A DNA stretch of 64,000 nucleotides from Planctomycetota bacterium (GCA_044222185.1 JBGANV010000006.1:250213-314212); one strand, 5' to 3'. Counted from the first letter of the stretch, positions 19,357 to 29,104 are shown. Made by a program: numbers and translations. The notes: generated by a model from the letters alone, not told the origin.

Positions 19357-20412
19357 ATGCCACGTCCCGTCACGTTGTTCACCGGCCAGTGGGCGGATCT
19401 GCCGATCGAGCAGCTCTGCAAGAAGGCGAAGGCGTTCGGCTTCGACGGACTGGAGCTGGCCTGCTGGGGTGACCATTTCGACGTCCCGCGGGCGCTCGCC
19501 GACCCGGCGTGGATCAAGCGGCAGTGGGACGTCCTGCAGTCGCACGGGCTCGACTGCTTCGCGATCTCCAATCACCTCGTCGGCCAGGCCGTCTGCGATC
19601 GGATCGACGAGCGGCACAAGGCGATCTTGCCGGATCGGATCTGGGGCGACGGCTCGCCCGAGGCCGTGCGCCAGCGTGCGGCCGCCGAAATGAAGGACAC
19701 GGCTCGCGCGGCCCGCAAGTTCTTCGACGCGGCTCCGCCCCGAGTGAAGGACGTCCTGCGGCGCACCGGTCGCACCGTCGTCGTCGGGTTCACCGGCAGC
19801 AGCATCTGGCCTCTGCTCTATTCGTTCCCACCGAATCGCCCAGGGCAGATCGACGCCGGGTTCGAGGATTTCGGCCGGCGCTGGGGAGACATCCTCGCCA
19901 CGTTCGATTCCGTCGGCGTCAGCTTCGCGCTCGAGGTCCATCCCACCGAGATCGCGTTCGACATCGCGTCGACACGCCGCGCGCTCGATGCCATCGGCAA
20001 CCACCCGCGGTTCGGCTTCAACTTCGACCCGTCGCACTTCGGTTACCAGGGCGTCGATTACCTGGGCTTCCTCCGTGAATTCGGGACGCGCGTCTTCAAC
20101 GTTCACGTGAAGGACGTGTGGTGGTCGGATCGACCCATGGAGATCGGGGTGTTCGGCGGGCACCAGGAGTTCGGAGTCGACGGCCGGTTCTGGGACTTCC
20201 GCTCTCCGGGCCGCGGACGCATCGATTTCGAGGGCATCATTCGCCTGCTCAACCACGCGCGTTACGAAGGGCCACTGTCCGTCGAATGGGAAGACCCCAT
20301 GATGGATCGCGAATTCGGCGCGACGGACTCCGTGCAGTTCGTGCGCGCCTTGGATTTCCCCAGATCCGGACGGGCATTCGACGCCGCGTTCTCGGAAGGG
20401 AAGAGCACATAG
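19357..20412 (+). CDS. sugar phosphate isomerase/epimerase (xylose-isomerase-like TIM barrel)
   Basis: In-frame ATG at 19357 ([42 protein letters not shown]). Further blocks: [40 protein letters not shown]. Confidence 0.85.
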   Translation: MPRPVTLFTGQWADLPIEQLCKKAKAFGFDGLELACWGDHFDVPRALADPAWIKRQWDVLQSHGLDCFAISNHLVGQAVCDRIDERHKAILPDRIWGDGSPEAVRQRAAAEMKDTARAARKFFDAAPPRVKDVLRRTGRTVVVGFTGSSIWPLLYSFPPNRPGQIDAGFEDFGRRWGDILATFDSVGVSFALEVHPTEIAFDIASTRRALDAIGNHPRFGFNFDPSHFGYQGVDYLGFLREFGTRVFNVHVKDVWWSDRPMEIGVFGGHQEFGVDGRFWDFRSPGRGRIDFEGIIRLLNHARYEGPLSVEWEDPMMDREFGATDSVQFVRALDFPRSGRAFDAAFSEGKST

Positions 20413-20480
20413 GTCCGCGGGTTCGCTGGAACGACTCGCCGGCCGCGACGCGGGACCAAGGACGCGCCACGCAACGAAAG

Positions 20481-21794
20481 ATGGAATCGCGCATGCAACG
20501 ATCACCGACCGTTCGCCTCTCGATCATGATGTTCCTGCAGTACGCCGTGTGGGGGGCGTGGCTTCCGACGGCCGGCCTGTATCTCACGTCGCCCAAGGCG
20601 TCGGGGGGACTTGGATTCGAGCAGGGCGACCTGGGGATGATCCTGGGGATTGCAGGGGCGATCGGGGCCATCGCCGCGCCTTTCATCGCAGGACAGTTCG
20701 CCGACCGGTACTTCGCGACCGAGCGGTTCATGGCCGTCGTCCTGGCTCTCGGTGGCGTCGTGAACTGGGTCCTCGCGTCCCAGACCTCGGTGTCGTCGTG
20801 GCTGTGGCTGTCGGTCGTCTACAGCGTCCTCTACATGCCGACGCTGGCGCTGTCGAACTCGATGGCCTTCGCCAATCTGACGGACTCGGAGCGGGACTTC
20901 CCCAAGGTCCGCATCTGGGGAACGATCGGCTGGATCGCAGCGAGCTGGGCATTCCCCATGATCTGGATGCAGACGGGGCTCCACGGCCAGGCCCTGCCGC
21001 CGTTCATCAAAGGCGTCGATCGCCCGGACGCGATCGCGCAGATCGCCAACTCGCTTCGCTTCTCGGGCGGCCTGGCCCTGTTCTATGCCGTGTTCTGTCT
21101 GGCGCTCCCACACACTCCGCCCAAGCGCGACGCCGTCGAGCCGTTGGCGTTCAAGCGAGCCTTGGGGTTGCTCGCGCGCCCGTCGTTCGCGGTCCTCGTC
21201 GCGACGAGTCTCCTCATCAGCGTCATCCACAACATCTACTTCATGCAGACGAGCTCGTTCCTCCCGACGCTCGGCCTGGACAAGGGCACCGTCGGACCGG
21301 CGATGACGATCGGGCAGTTCGCGGAGATCGGCGTCATGGCGCTGCTGGGGATGATGCTCAAGCGGCTCGGAGCGAAGGGGGTCATCGCGATCGGGATCGG
21401 TGCCTACGTCCTGCGCTACGCGATCTGGTCGCAGACCTCGTTGCCGATGGAGATCCTCGTCGCCAGCCAAGCGCTGCACGGCGTGTGCTACGCGTGCTTC
21501 TTCGCTGCCGCGTACATCTACGTCGACCGCATCGCGCCGGTGGACGTGCGACACTCCGCGCAAACCGTGTTCGGCATCCTCATTCTGGGTGCGGGCCCCG
21601 TCGTCGGTGGCTGGTTGAATGGCAAGCTCGCGGGCCAGTATCCGGCTGCGGGTGTCGAGGGTGCAACGCAGGCCATCGATTACTCACCGTTCTGGCTCTT
21701 TCTCGCGGGGATTGCTGCCTTCGCGTTCCTGTTCTTCCTCCTCCTTTTTCGCGACGAATCGCAGCCCGCTTCCGACACGTCCGCGCCTGCGTGA
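20481..21794 (+). CDS. MFS transporter, nucleoside:H+ symporter-like family
   Basis: In-frame ATG at 20481 (MESRMQRSPTVRLSIMMFLQYAVWGAWLPTAGLYL); the N-terminal block resembles the NupG/XapB-type family. About 12 hydrophobic segments. Confidence 0.75.
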   Translation: MESRMQRSPTVRLSIMMFLQYAVWGAWLPTAGLYLTSPKASGGLGFEQGDLGMILGIAGAIGAIAAPFIAGQFADRYFATERFMAVVLALGGVVNWVLASQTSVSSWLWLSVVYSVLYMPTLALSNSMAFANLTDSERDFPKVRIWGTIGWIAASWAFPMIWMQTGLHGQALPPFIKGVDRPDAIAQIANSLRFSGGLALFYAVFCLALPHTPPKRDAVEPLAFKRALGLLARPSFAVLVATSLLISVIHNIYFMQTSSFLPTLGLDKGTVGPAMTIGQFAEIGVMALLGMMLKRLGAKGVIAIGIGAYVLRYAIWSQTSLPMEILVASQALHGVCYACFFAAAYIYVDRIAPVDVRHSAQTVFGILILGAGPVVGGWLNGKLAGQYPAAGVEGATQAIDYSPFWLFLAGIAAFAFLFFLLLFRDESQPASDTSAPA

Positions 21795-21994
21795 ATCCGA
21801 CCGCGGACGTCGGGTTTCTCGCGGCCCTGCGCGCCGCAGCGGTTCGGAATCACATCCTGGAAGAACGCCGCGACGTGCGCCGTCCAAGCACGTCGATACC
21901 TTCAAGACACATTCCGTGATTCGCCGATGATGCGGGAACCAGGCAATGGTTTCACGGCTGTGGCGCGGCTCCGTCGCCACGGGAGGCGGTCACG

Positions 21995-23119
21995 ATGTTC
22001 ACGTTCTTTCGACGACTGAAGGATTCTTGCGACGTCCTGCGCCTTCGACGAAAGGCGCGTCGCAATCCGGCGCCGAGGACCGTGATCGACCTCTGCCGCG
22101 GCCTCGACCGCGCAGGACGTGGCGCCGAAGCGCTCGACGTGGCGCGGATGGGTGCGGCGAGATTCCCGCATTCCATCGAGCTCGAAGACGTCCTACGCGA
22201 GGCTTGGGCCCGTCACGGGGCGGTTGCCGTCGCCATCCTGAAGGCCAAGGCGCAGACGATGCCGACGACGGCGGCCTTCGAGGTCCTCGTGCGCGCCGAG
22301 ATCGACGCGGGTCTCGTGGAAGACGCGATCGCCGACGCGGTGCGGATGGTCGAACAGTTTCCCGATCAGGCACGATCGCACGCCATGGTCGGCTTCGCCT
22401 TCCAGGCCCGCTTCCGGCGGGAGCATCTGTCGAAAGACGGTGAGCGTGCGCTCGCGGCGTTCAAGCGGGCGACGGAGATGGATCGCACGTCGTTCGAGGC
22501 GCGCCGAGCCCTCGCCGCCGCGTACGCTCACATCGGCGCGACGAGCCAGGCCATGTTCCACCTGCTGCTCGCGCTCGAGCAGCGTTCGACGGACCCCGAA
22601 TTGCGCGCGCTGTTCCTCCAACTCAAAGGCAAGCCGTTCGAGAGGCGGCCGGAAAACGAGCTCCTCTGGGAAGCCGAGGTGCTCGACGAGTCGCGATTGG
22701 ATCATCGCAGTCTCGCACTCGACGCGGAGCAGCTGTCGGAGGTCACGAGCTGCATCGCGAAGACGACCGCGATCGACGGCGTGAAGAGCATCGCTCTGTG
22801 CCACCACAAGCTCGAGATCGTCGCCGACGCGCGACACGCGCCGCGCAGGGTGGACGGGCGAGGTGACCGCCACGTCGAGATGGCGCACACGTTGCGCCAG
22901 GCCGCATCGACGGCGGCGAAGCGACTCGGATTCGGAGCCTTCCACGAACTCGACATGACGATGCAGGGACGCCGACTCGTAGCGCTTGGTGCCGGCCCGA
23001 CCGTCGTCATGCTCGAACTCGATCCGCGCGCTGCGGCGGATGCCGTCATCGATGGCATGCGGGACGACCTGGGACGGTGGACTGCGGATGCGCACCGGGC
23101 CATGGAATGGGGCCGCTGA
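21995..23119 (+). CDS. hypothetical protein, TPR-like helical N-terminal half, mixed alpha/beta C-terminal half
   Basis: 374-aa ORF with helical repeats (e.g. ALAAFKRATEMDRTSFEARRALAAAYAHIGATSQAMFHLLLALE). The C-terminal region GVKSIALCHHKLEIVAD...RLVALGAGPTVVMLELD is vaguely roadblock/LC7-like, which is an inference only. Confidence 0.55.
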   Translation: MFTFFRRLKDSCDVLRLRRKARRNPAPRTVIDLCRGLDRAGRGAEALDVARMGAARFPHSIELEDVLREAWARHGAVAVAILKAKAQTMPTTAAFEVLVRAEIDAGLVEDAIADAVRMVEQFPDQARSHAMVGFAFQARFRREHLSKDGERALAAFKRATEMDRTSFEARRALAAAYAHIGATSQAMFHLLLALEQRSTDPELRALFLQLKGKPFERRPENELLWEAEVLDESRLDHRSLALDAEQLSEVTSCIAKTTAIDGVKSIALCHHKLEIVADARHAPRRVDGRGDRHVEMAHTLRQAASTAAKRLGFGAFHELDMTMQGRRLVALGAGPTVVMLELDPRAAADAVIDGMRDDLGRWTADAHRAMEWGR

Positions 23120-23494
23120 AAGTCCGATGACGTCGATCCTCCCGTCGCGCCAGGCGCGCTGACGAGCCCGTCTGCAACTCCTTCGGCGGCAGCGCCGACC
23201 GCGGATTGGAAAAAACCCGCGAGTGCCCCGACACCGCTGCCCGATCCGCGCACTTCACACACCGTTGGCGCGGCGCCGCAGCGCAGAATCCTCTTGCACT
23301 TTCCGGAGGCCCTCCCTACGCTCACGCCAAGTCCCGCGGGAATCACGTCGTCGTGAGCGCCGCGGCGTTGGCCTGCTGCGTGCAGGCGGTGAAGCGTGCG
23401 TCGTTCTCCCGGTGAAGCGTTCGATCGATCGACCGTCGTGTGCCCCGCCATCGGCGTGCCGATCGACGTCCATGAGGAGCGTCGAGACAGCAAC

Positions 23495-25222
23495 ATGAAG
23501 CGTCACACATCATTTGCCGTTGTCGCGATCGTCGTCGGATTCCTACTCCCGACATCCGCCCTCGCCCAGGTGCAGTGCTCACAGACGCTGCCGAACGGAT
23601 ACATGAACGTGGACGGACCCACGTTCCTCGGGAACCCGTTCAACTCGACCTCGGCCCAGAAGTGGCAATGGGTGTACGACTCCTCGCACTTCCTCGCGCA
23701 GGGGCCAATCACCATCACGGATATCGCGGTGCGCCCCACGTCACCCACGGTGACAGCAGCCGCGACGACGTTCTCGAGCTTCAAGGTCCGGCTGGGATCG
23801 AGCCCGAACAACTACACGCTCGCCTCGCAGAGCGCCACGTTCGCGAACAACCTCACGACCAACCAGGTGCTCGCCTACAACGGCGTTTGGAGTACGGGAG
23901 TGATCACGGCATCGGCGGGAACGACGGCCAACTGGATCCAGTTCGGCCTCACGACGCCGTTCACGTTCAACCCCGGCTTGGGACAGGACCTCGTCGTCCA
24001 GGTCGAGAAGTGCTCGAGCGCTTCGGCGCAATTCCAGCTCGATGCCATCAGCGGGGCCTCGGGGACGGTCGGCGGCAACTCCTACGGAAACACCTCGGCA
24101 TGCACCGCGGCGTCGCGCAGCACGTCCTACAACGAAACGTGCCCGATCATCAAAGTCGACTACTCGCAGAACCTGACGCCGAATTGGCAGCTCAATTCGC
24201 CCCAGTGCGACATGAACATCAACGGCGTGCAGAATTCCGCGTGCTCGGGTGGTCCCATTGCCGTGAACATCTGCCCCGGCCAGTCCGGCACGGTGAACCT
24301 CTCGACGTCGTTGACGTTCCCGCCGTTCGACCTGCTGGTGACGTTGGGGCAGCCGGTTCCGTTGGGCGGCGGTGGATTCACGACGACGCACGGCCAGATC
24401 GTCAACATGAACCTCGCGGATCCGACGCTGTTCCTGCTGAACGGTGGGGCGTTCCAGCCGCTCCCAAGCTTCTCGTTGCCGGTGACCCTGGCGGCCGTCG
24501 GCGGGTTCTCCGCGCAGATGATCGTTCTCGATGCGACCCATCCGGACTCCTTCCGTCTGTCCGCGGCGAATCGCCTCGCCGCAGTGGCCCCGTTCGTCGC
24601 GGGCCCCGTTGGTGACGACACCTACGTCTCCGTCGTGACGGGCGGACCGGCCGTCTGCGGGCCAGCGTCGTTCACCTACTACGGCGTCGCGTACACCACC
24701 GTCAACGTCCAGTCGAACGGACGGCTGATGTGGGGTGGCGCCGGGATCACGAACGACATCACGCCCAGCAACACGTTGGCGCTCACCCAGAATCCGGCTG
24801 CGGGCGCGTGGGTCGACCTGTCGCCGCCGGCTGGCGGTTTGATCACGATCAACTCGCCCGGTCCCGGGCTGTTGCGTGCGAGCTGGTCGAGTGTGCCGTA
24901 CTTCAATCAGCAGGCACTCGTGACGAACTGGTACATCGAGCTCGATGCGACGACCGGTGCGATCACGATCTCGGGACTCGCGAACTTCCCCGTGCACCCG
25001 ACGGCCGCGAACATGTGGCTCGGCGTGAGCGCAGGCCAGTTCGGGCCGGCGACCGATGGTGGCGCGATCACCTATGCGCTCGGCGGCCCCACGGCGGGCC
25101 CACCGGGGCTGCTCGACATGGTCTATGCCTACGGACCGACGGGCACACTCACCCCGGGTATCAACACGCTCATCTTCACGCCCAACGGGTTGGGCAACTA
25201 CAACTACACGGCGCTGCCGTGA
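23495..25222 (+). CDS. secreted protein with C-terminal NIDO-like domain (paralogue 1)
   Basis: In-frame ATG at 23495, signal peptide MKRHTSFAVVAIVVGFLLPTSALAQ followed by VQCSQTLPNGY. C-terminal motifs: FTYYGVAYTTVNVQSNGRLMWG, AAGAWVDLSP, LLRASWSSVPYFNQ. Confidence 0.7.
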   Translation: MKRHTSFAVVAIVVGFLLPTSALAQVQCSQTLPNGYMNVDGPTFLGNPFNSTSAQKWQWVYDSSHFLAQGPITITDIAVRPTSPTVTAAATTFSSFKVRLGSSPNNYTLASQSATFANNLTTNQVLAYNGVWSTGVITASAGTTANWIQFGLTTPFTFNPGLGQDLVVQVEKCSSASAQFQLDAISGASGTVGGNSYGNTSACTAASRSTSYNETCPIIKVDYSQNLTPNWQLNSPQCDMNINGVQNSACSGGPIAVNICPGQSGTVNLSTSLTFPPFDLLVTLGQPVPLGGGGFTTTHGQIVNMNLADPTLFLLNGGAFQPLPSFSLPVTLAAVGGFSAQMIVLDATHPDSFRLSAANRLAAVAPFVAGPVGDDTYVSVVTGGPAVCGPASFTYYGVAYTTVNVQSNGRLMWGGAGITNDITPSNTLALTQNPAAGAWVDLSPPAGGLITINSPGPGLLRASWSSVPYFNQQALVTNWYIELDATTGAITISGLANFPVHPTAANMWLGVSAGQFGPATDGGAITYALGGPTAGPPGLLDMVYAYGPTGTLTPGINTLIFTPNGLGNYNYTALP

Positions 25223-25230
25223 GACGCTTC

Positions 25231-25249
25231 GGCCGCGAGGTTCGCGGCC
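25231..25249 (+). terminator. hairpin GGCCGCGA-ggt-TCGCGGCC downstream of paralogue 1
   Basis: Perfect 8-bp stem 9 nt after the TGA at 25220-25222. A T-rich tract (gcttttgcttttggtgttt) begins about 20 nt later rather than immediately. Confidence 0.35.
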
Positions 25250-25387
25250 GGTGGTTCCCATAACGGAGTGCTTTTGCTTTTGGTGTTTCCTGCGCAGTGG
25301 CGTGATGGCCGGCAACATGGATCCCCATCCAGTTGGCGTGTCGCAACGGCTCGCAGGTTTGTGAGATGTGTGGAGGTCAACAGGATC

Positions 25388-27148
25388 ATGAAGGTTCAGA
25401 ATTTGGCGCTCGTTGCCGTCGCGACCCTCGCGGTTGCCGGCGGAGTCTTCGGACAGTGCGTCGAGCAGAGTCTGCCGGCGGGGTATGAGACGTACACCGC
25501 GAACTACATCACGGGGACGCCGTTCGGCGGCACGGCCGATCAGCACGTGCAGTTCATCTGCGATTCGTCAGAGTTCGCGGCCAGCGGCCCGGTCGTGATC
25601 AAGGAGGTCTACGTCCGCGTGTTCGATGCGAACACGGGCGGTTTCTATCCGAGCGTCGAAGTGAGCCTCGCTTCGGCCGTGAACGACTACGACAACACGG
25701 CGGCGAACATGCTCAGTTTCGCGGGCAACATGGGGCCCGACCTGACGCTGGTCCGCCCGGCGGCAGCGTTCAACCCTGGTCCGCAGCCCGGCCAGCGTTT
25801 CGTTCCGCTCGGGATCCAGAACACCTTCATCTACAACCCGACGCTCGGCAACGACTTCCTCGTCGACATCAAGCGTTGCGGCGCCGGCACTCCGTGGACG
25901 CACCCGACGTTCGCCGGCAACGTCCTCGACGCGAAGGGCCCGACGACTCCGATCCGCATGCGCCGCTACAGCCTCACGGCGACGACGGCCTGCACGACGG
26001 GCTTGGCTCCGACGACGAACCAGAGCGACTTCTGCGCCGTCCTCCTCGTCTCCTACTACCCGGTCGGCAGCCCGCAGGCCGAGTGGCAGGTCAACACGGC
26101 GAACGCCAGCTTCGACCTCGATGGCAACGGCTTCAACCGTCCCTGCGGCGGCGCCATCGACGTGACCCGGTACTCGAACCAGCCGATCAATGCGAACCTC
26201 AACAGCGCGCTCCTCGGCAACCCGTGGGATCTGGCGTTCGGGTTCGGCTTCGGCGTCCCGGCCAGCGCCGGCGGATTCACGCTCGCGAACGGCGATGTGG
26301 TGAACGTCGACCTGCTCTCGGCCCCGAGCTTCCTGCTCGGCCTCACATTTGCCGTCCCGTTCTCGGCGACGACCTTGCCTTTCGCCCTCCCGGCGCCGAT
26401 CACGCTCGACCTCTATGCGCAGATGGTGATGCTGAACCCGGCAACGGCCGGCGGATTCAATCTCAGCGCCCTCACGCAGCTCCACCTGCAACCGTCGCAG
26501 GCAGTGTTCCCGGGACCGGCCGGCGATGACGAAGCGCTGAGCGTTCCGCTCTGGGCCGTCGGTGGCGCTCCGCTGTCGATCCCGTTCTATGGCGTGAACT
26601 ACAACACGTTCAACTTGATCTCGAACGGCCGCATCATGTTCGGCACGCCGAACACGAACTGCTGCCCGGGCACGACGCAGGCGACTGCGGCGACGGCCGC
26701 GCTCGCGGATTCGGCGTTCGCTGCCGTCGCGTGGTGTGACATGAACCCGTCGATCGGCGGGAACATCACGGTGACGAGCCCGGGTGCGGGCCAGGTTGCC
26801 GCGCACTGGTCGAACGTTCCGTACTTCGGGAACCCGACGACGTCGAACACGTTCGACCTCATCGTGGATGCCGTGGCGAACACCGTGCAGTTCAACTACA
26901 CGGCGTTGCAGGCGTTCCCGTCGGCCCCGAGCACCTCGCCAGAGCAGTTCATCGGCGTGTCGGCCGGTGTGGGCGTGGCGACGGACCAGGGCGCGACCAC
27001 GTTCGCCGTCGGCGGACCGATCACCGGCCCGGCCAACAACGGCATGGTCTATCAGTGGGCGGTGAACGGCCCGACGATCACCGGCATCCAGTCGATCATC
27101 TTCACGTGGAACACCGTGTCGAATCAGTACGACTGGGTTGCGTTCTGA
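25388..27148 (+). CDS. secreted protein with C-terminal NIDO-like domain (paralogue 2)
   Basis: In-frame ATG at 25388, signal peptide MKVQNLALVAVATLAVAGGVFGQ followed by CVEQSLPAGY. Same architecture as 23495..25222. Motifs: IPFYGVNYNTFNLISNGRIMFG, AAVAWCDMNP, VAAHWSNVPYFGNPTTSNTFDLIV, VQFNYTAL. Confidence 0.7.
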   Translation: MKVQNLALVAVATLAVAGGVFGQCVEQSLPAGYETYTANYITGTPFGGTADQHVQFICDSSEFAASGPVVIKEVYVRVFDANTGGFYPSVEVSLASAVNDYDNTAANMLSFAGNMGPDLTLVRPAAAFNPGPQPGQRFVPLGIQNTFIYNPTLGNDFLVDIKRCGAGTPWTHPTFAGNVLDAKGPTTPIRMRRYSLTATTACTTGLAPTTNQSDFCAVLLVSYYPVGSPQAEWQVNTANASFDLDGNGFNRPCGGAIDVTRYSNQPINANLNSALLGNPWDLAFGFGFGVPASAGGFTLANGDVVNVDLLSAPSFLLGLTFAVPFSATTLPFALPAPITLDLYAQMVMLNPATAGGFNLSALTQLHLQPSQAVFPGPAGDDEALSVPLWAVGGAPLSIPFYGVNYNTFNLISNGRIMFGTPNTNCCPGTTQATAATAALADSAFAAVAWCDMNPSIGGNITVTSPGAGQVAAHWSNVPYFGNPTTSNTFDLIVDAVANTVQFNYTALQAFPSAPSTSPEQFIGVSAGVGVATDQGATTFAVGGPITGPANNGMVYQWAVNGPTITGIQSIIFTWNTVSNQYDWVAF

Positions 27149-27440
27149 TCTGAACTGATCGCGGTTGGGTCGACGGCGCTGCCGTCGGCCTGGGCTCGGG
27201 CGCGCGCGTTCGCCGCGCCGCCGGCCCATCGAACGACCGCGGGCGACGGGTCGATCTCATCGACGCGTCTTCGCGGTAAGCGCATGCGATACCGGGATGG
27301 GTGTCGCGACTGTGGTCGAGAAGCGTGTTCTTGCCTCAGTGAACCTCCTGACGGCCGTGACGGCGTGTTGCCGGCGCGGCCGTCGCCTTTCGATGGAGGT
27401 TCGTTCCGCGAGCGTGTGCGGCGCCCGAACTCCGCCGCGG

Positions 27441-28013
27441 TCACTCCGCGGGATCTTCTTCCTTCACCGGCATCACGACGACGACTCCGACGACGCGGTC
27501 GTACCACGTCTGCGCGAGCCGCGAGCGGTTCATGTCCAGCGTGACGAGCAAGGGGACGACGATCACCGCATACTCCGTCGTCATTGCGACCACGAGATGT
27601 GCGACGCGGAGAAGCTCGCGCCCGAGCGCCGCTCGGTATCGGGGGAAATCGCCCGTCCCGACCTCGCGGACCGACAAGTGGAACATCGCCTTGCCGGGGG
27701 TCGAGCCGTGACGCGCGACCTGCGCCGCGAAGGCGAAGGGAACCAGGAGAACGGTGACGGCTGCCGCCAGGAGCCCGGGCACGAGTTCCACGGGGACCTG
27801 GGGCGTTTCATCCGCCGCCAGCGGGCGATCGTCGTCCGTCGCAGGCGGATCGGTGAGGAGGCTGCGGATCTGCGGCAGCCCGCGGCCGGACACGAGCATG
27901 AGAGCCAGCAGGGCGGCACAGAGCAGCAGCGTTCCGTCGATGGCGAGGGCCATCAAGCGGGGGATCGGGCCGGCGGGCCTGACCTGCGTCGAGGTTGTGG
28001 AGGATGCGTTCAA
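27441..28013 (-). CDS. RDD-family membrane protein
   Basis: RLMALAIDGTLLL..., GSTPGKAMFHLSV and RLAQTWYDRVVGVVVV are typical RDD-domain blocks. The start overlaps the ispH stop by 4 nt. Confidence 0.7.
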   Translation of the reverse strand: MNASSTTSTQVRPAGPIPRLMALAIDGTLLLCAALLALMLVSGRGLPQIRSLLTDPPATDDDRPLAADETPQVPVELVPGLLAAAVTVLLVPFAFAAQVARHGSTPGKAMFHLSVREVGTGDFPRYRAALGRELLRVAHLVVAMTTEYAVIVVPLLVTLDMNRSRLAQTWYDRVVGVVVVMPVKEEDPAE

Positions 28014-28945
28014 GCGTGGGCGTCGGCGAGTTCCGAGGGAAGTGGGAAGTGCACGTTTTCCTCGATCACGACGCGTTCTTCAACGTCGTCCACACCAAAC
28101 CGCGCTCGTAGCTCGTCGACGACTCCCGCCACGAGATGCTCTGGGGCCGACGCCCCGGACGAGACGCCGACGCACCCCACGTCGGAGAACCAGCGGGCGT
28201 CGATCGCCGTGCGATCCTCGATGAGGTAGGCGCGAGCGCCCGCGGCGGCGGCGACCTCTTGCAGGCGCCTGCTGTTCGAGCTGTTCGCCGAACCGATCAC
28301 GAGGATCACCTGTGCCTCCTGCGCGAGCAGGCGCACGGCGGCCTGTCGGTTCTGCGTCGCGTAGCAGATGTCGTCACTGGCGGGGACGCGCGCCGATGGG
28401 AAACGTCGCCGGATCGCGTCGATCACGACGGCCGCTTCGTCCACCGAAAGCGTCGTCTGCGTCGCGATCGCCAACGGCGTGTCCGCGGGCAGCTGAAGTC
28501 GATCCACGTCCGCCACGTTGGAGACGACCAGCGTGTCGTTCGGGGCCTCGCCGACGACGCCCTCGACTTCCTCGTGGCCGTCGTGACCGATGAGCAGGAT
28601 CGTGAACCGATCACGGGCGAAGCGCTGGACTTCCAGGTGAACCTTCGTGACGAGCGGGCACGTGGCGTCGATCACGCGCAAGCCGCGCACCTCGGCCTCG
28701 GCGCGGACCGCAGGAGCGACTCCGTGCGCGGCGAACACCGTCACGGAGCCGGGCGGGATCTCATCCAGCCCGTCGACGAACACGGCGCCGGCCTGGGCGA
28801 GTTCAGCGACGACGGCGCGGTTGTGCACGATCTCCTTCCGCACGTAGACCGGCGGCCCGAAGCGGTCGAGCGTTCGCCTGACGATTTCGACGGCGCGCTC
28901 GACGCCAGCGCAGAACCCGCGCGGTCTTGCCAGCAGGATCTTCAT
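28010..28945 (-). CDS. ispH: 4-hydroxy-3-methylbut-2-enyl diphosphate reductase
   Basis: MKILLARPRGFCAGVERAVEIV, VYVRKEIVHN, ATCPLVTKVH, GHDGHEEVEG, ICYATQNRQ, IGSANSSNS, SGASAPE: the full set of IspH/LytB blocks, including the three Cys ligand contexts. Confidence 0.95.
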   Translation of the reverse strand: MKILLARPRGFCAGVERAVEIVRRTLDRFGPPVYVRKEIVHNRAVVAELAQAGAVFVDGLDEIPPGSVTVFAAHGVAPAVRAEAEVRGLRVIDATCPLVTKVHLEVQRFARDRFTILLIGHDGHEEVEGVVGEAPNDTLVVSNVADVDRLQLPADTPLAIATQTTLSVDEAAVVIDAIRRRFPSARVPASDDICYATQNRQAAVRLLAQEAQVILVIGSANSSNSRRLQEVAAAAGARAYLIEDRTAIDARWFSDVGCVGVSSGASAPEHLVAGVVDELRARFGVDDVEERVVIEENVHFPLPSELADAHA

Positions 28946-29104
28946 CTTCGGTGGCGGGCGCCAGCCGTTACGGGTGATCCCTCATCCGGGCATCCTGGGG
29001 GAGTCGTCAGACGGCCCGCCGTGCCGTGTGCGACCTCGACGGCTTGACGGACGCCGTTCGGGGCGGACGATGGGGAGCGAAACGCGCTTTGCGGAAGAAG
29101 AGCC

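Noticed and set aside
23121-23135. GAAAGTCCG string reminiscent of the RNase P RNA conserved 5' element
   Set aside because: The surrounding sequence lacks the rest of the conserved P4/J3-4 context (e.g. GGAGGAAAGTCCGGGCTCC) and any plausible long-range pairing. It is judged a chance match.
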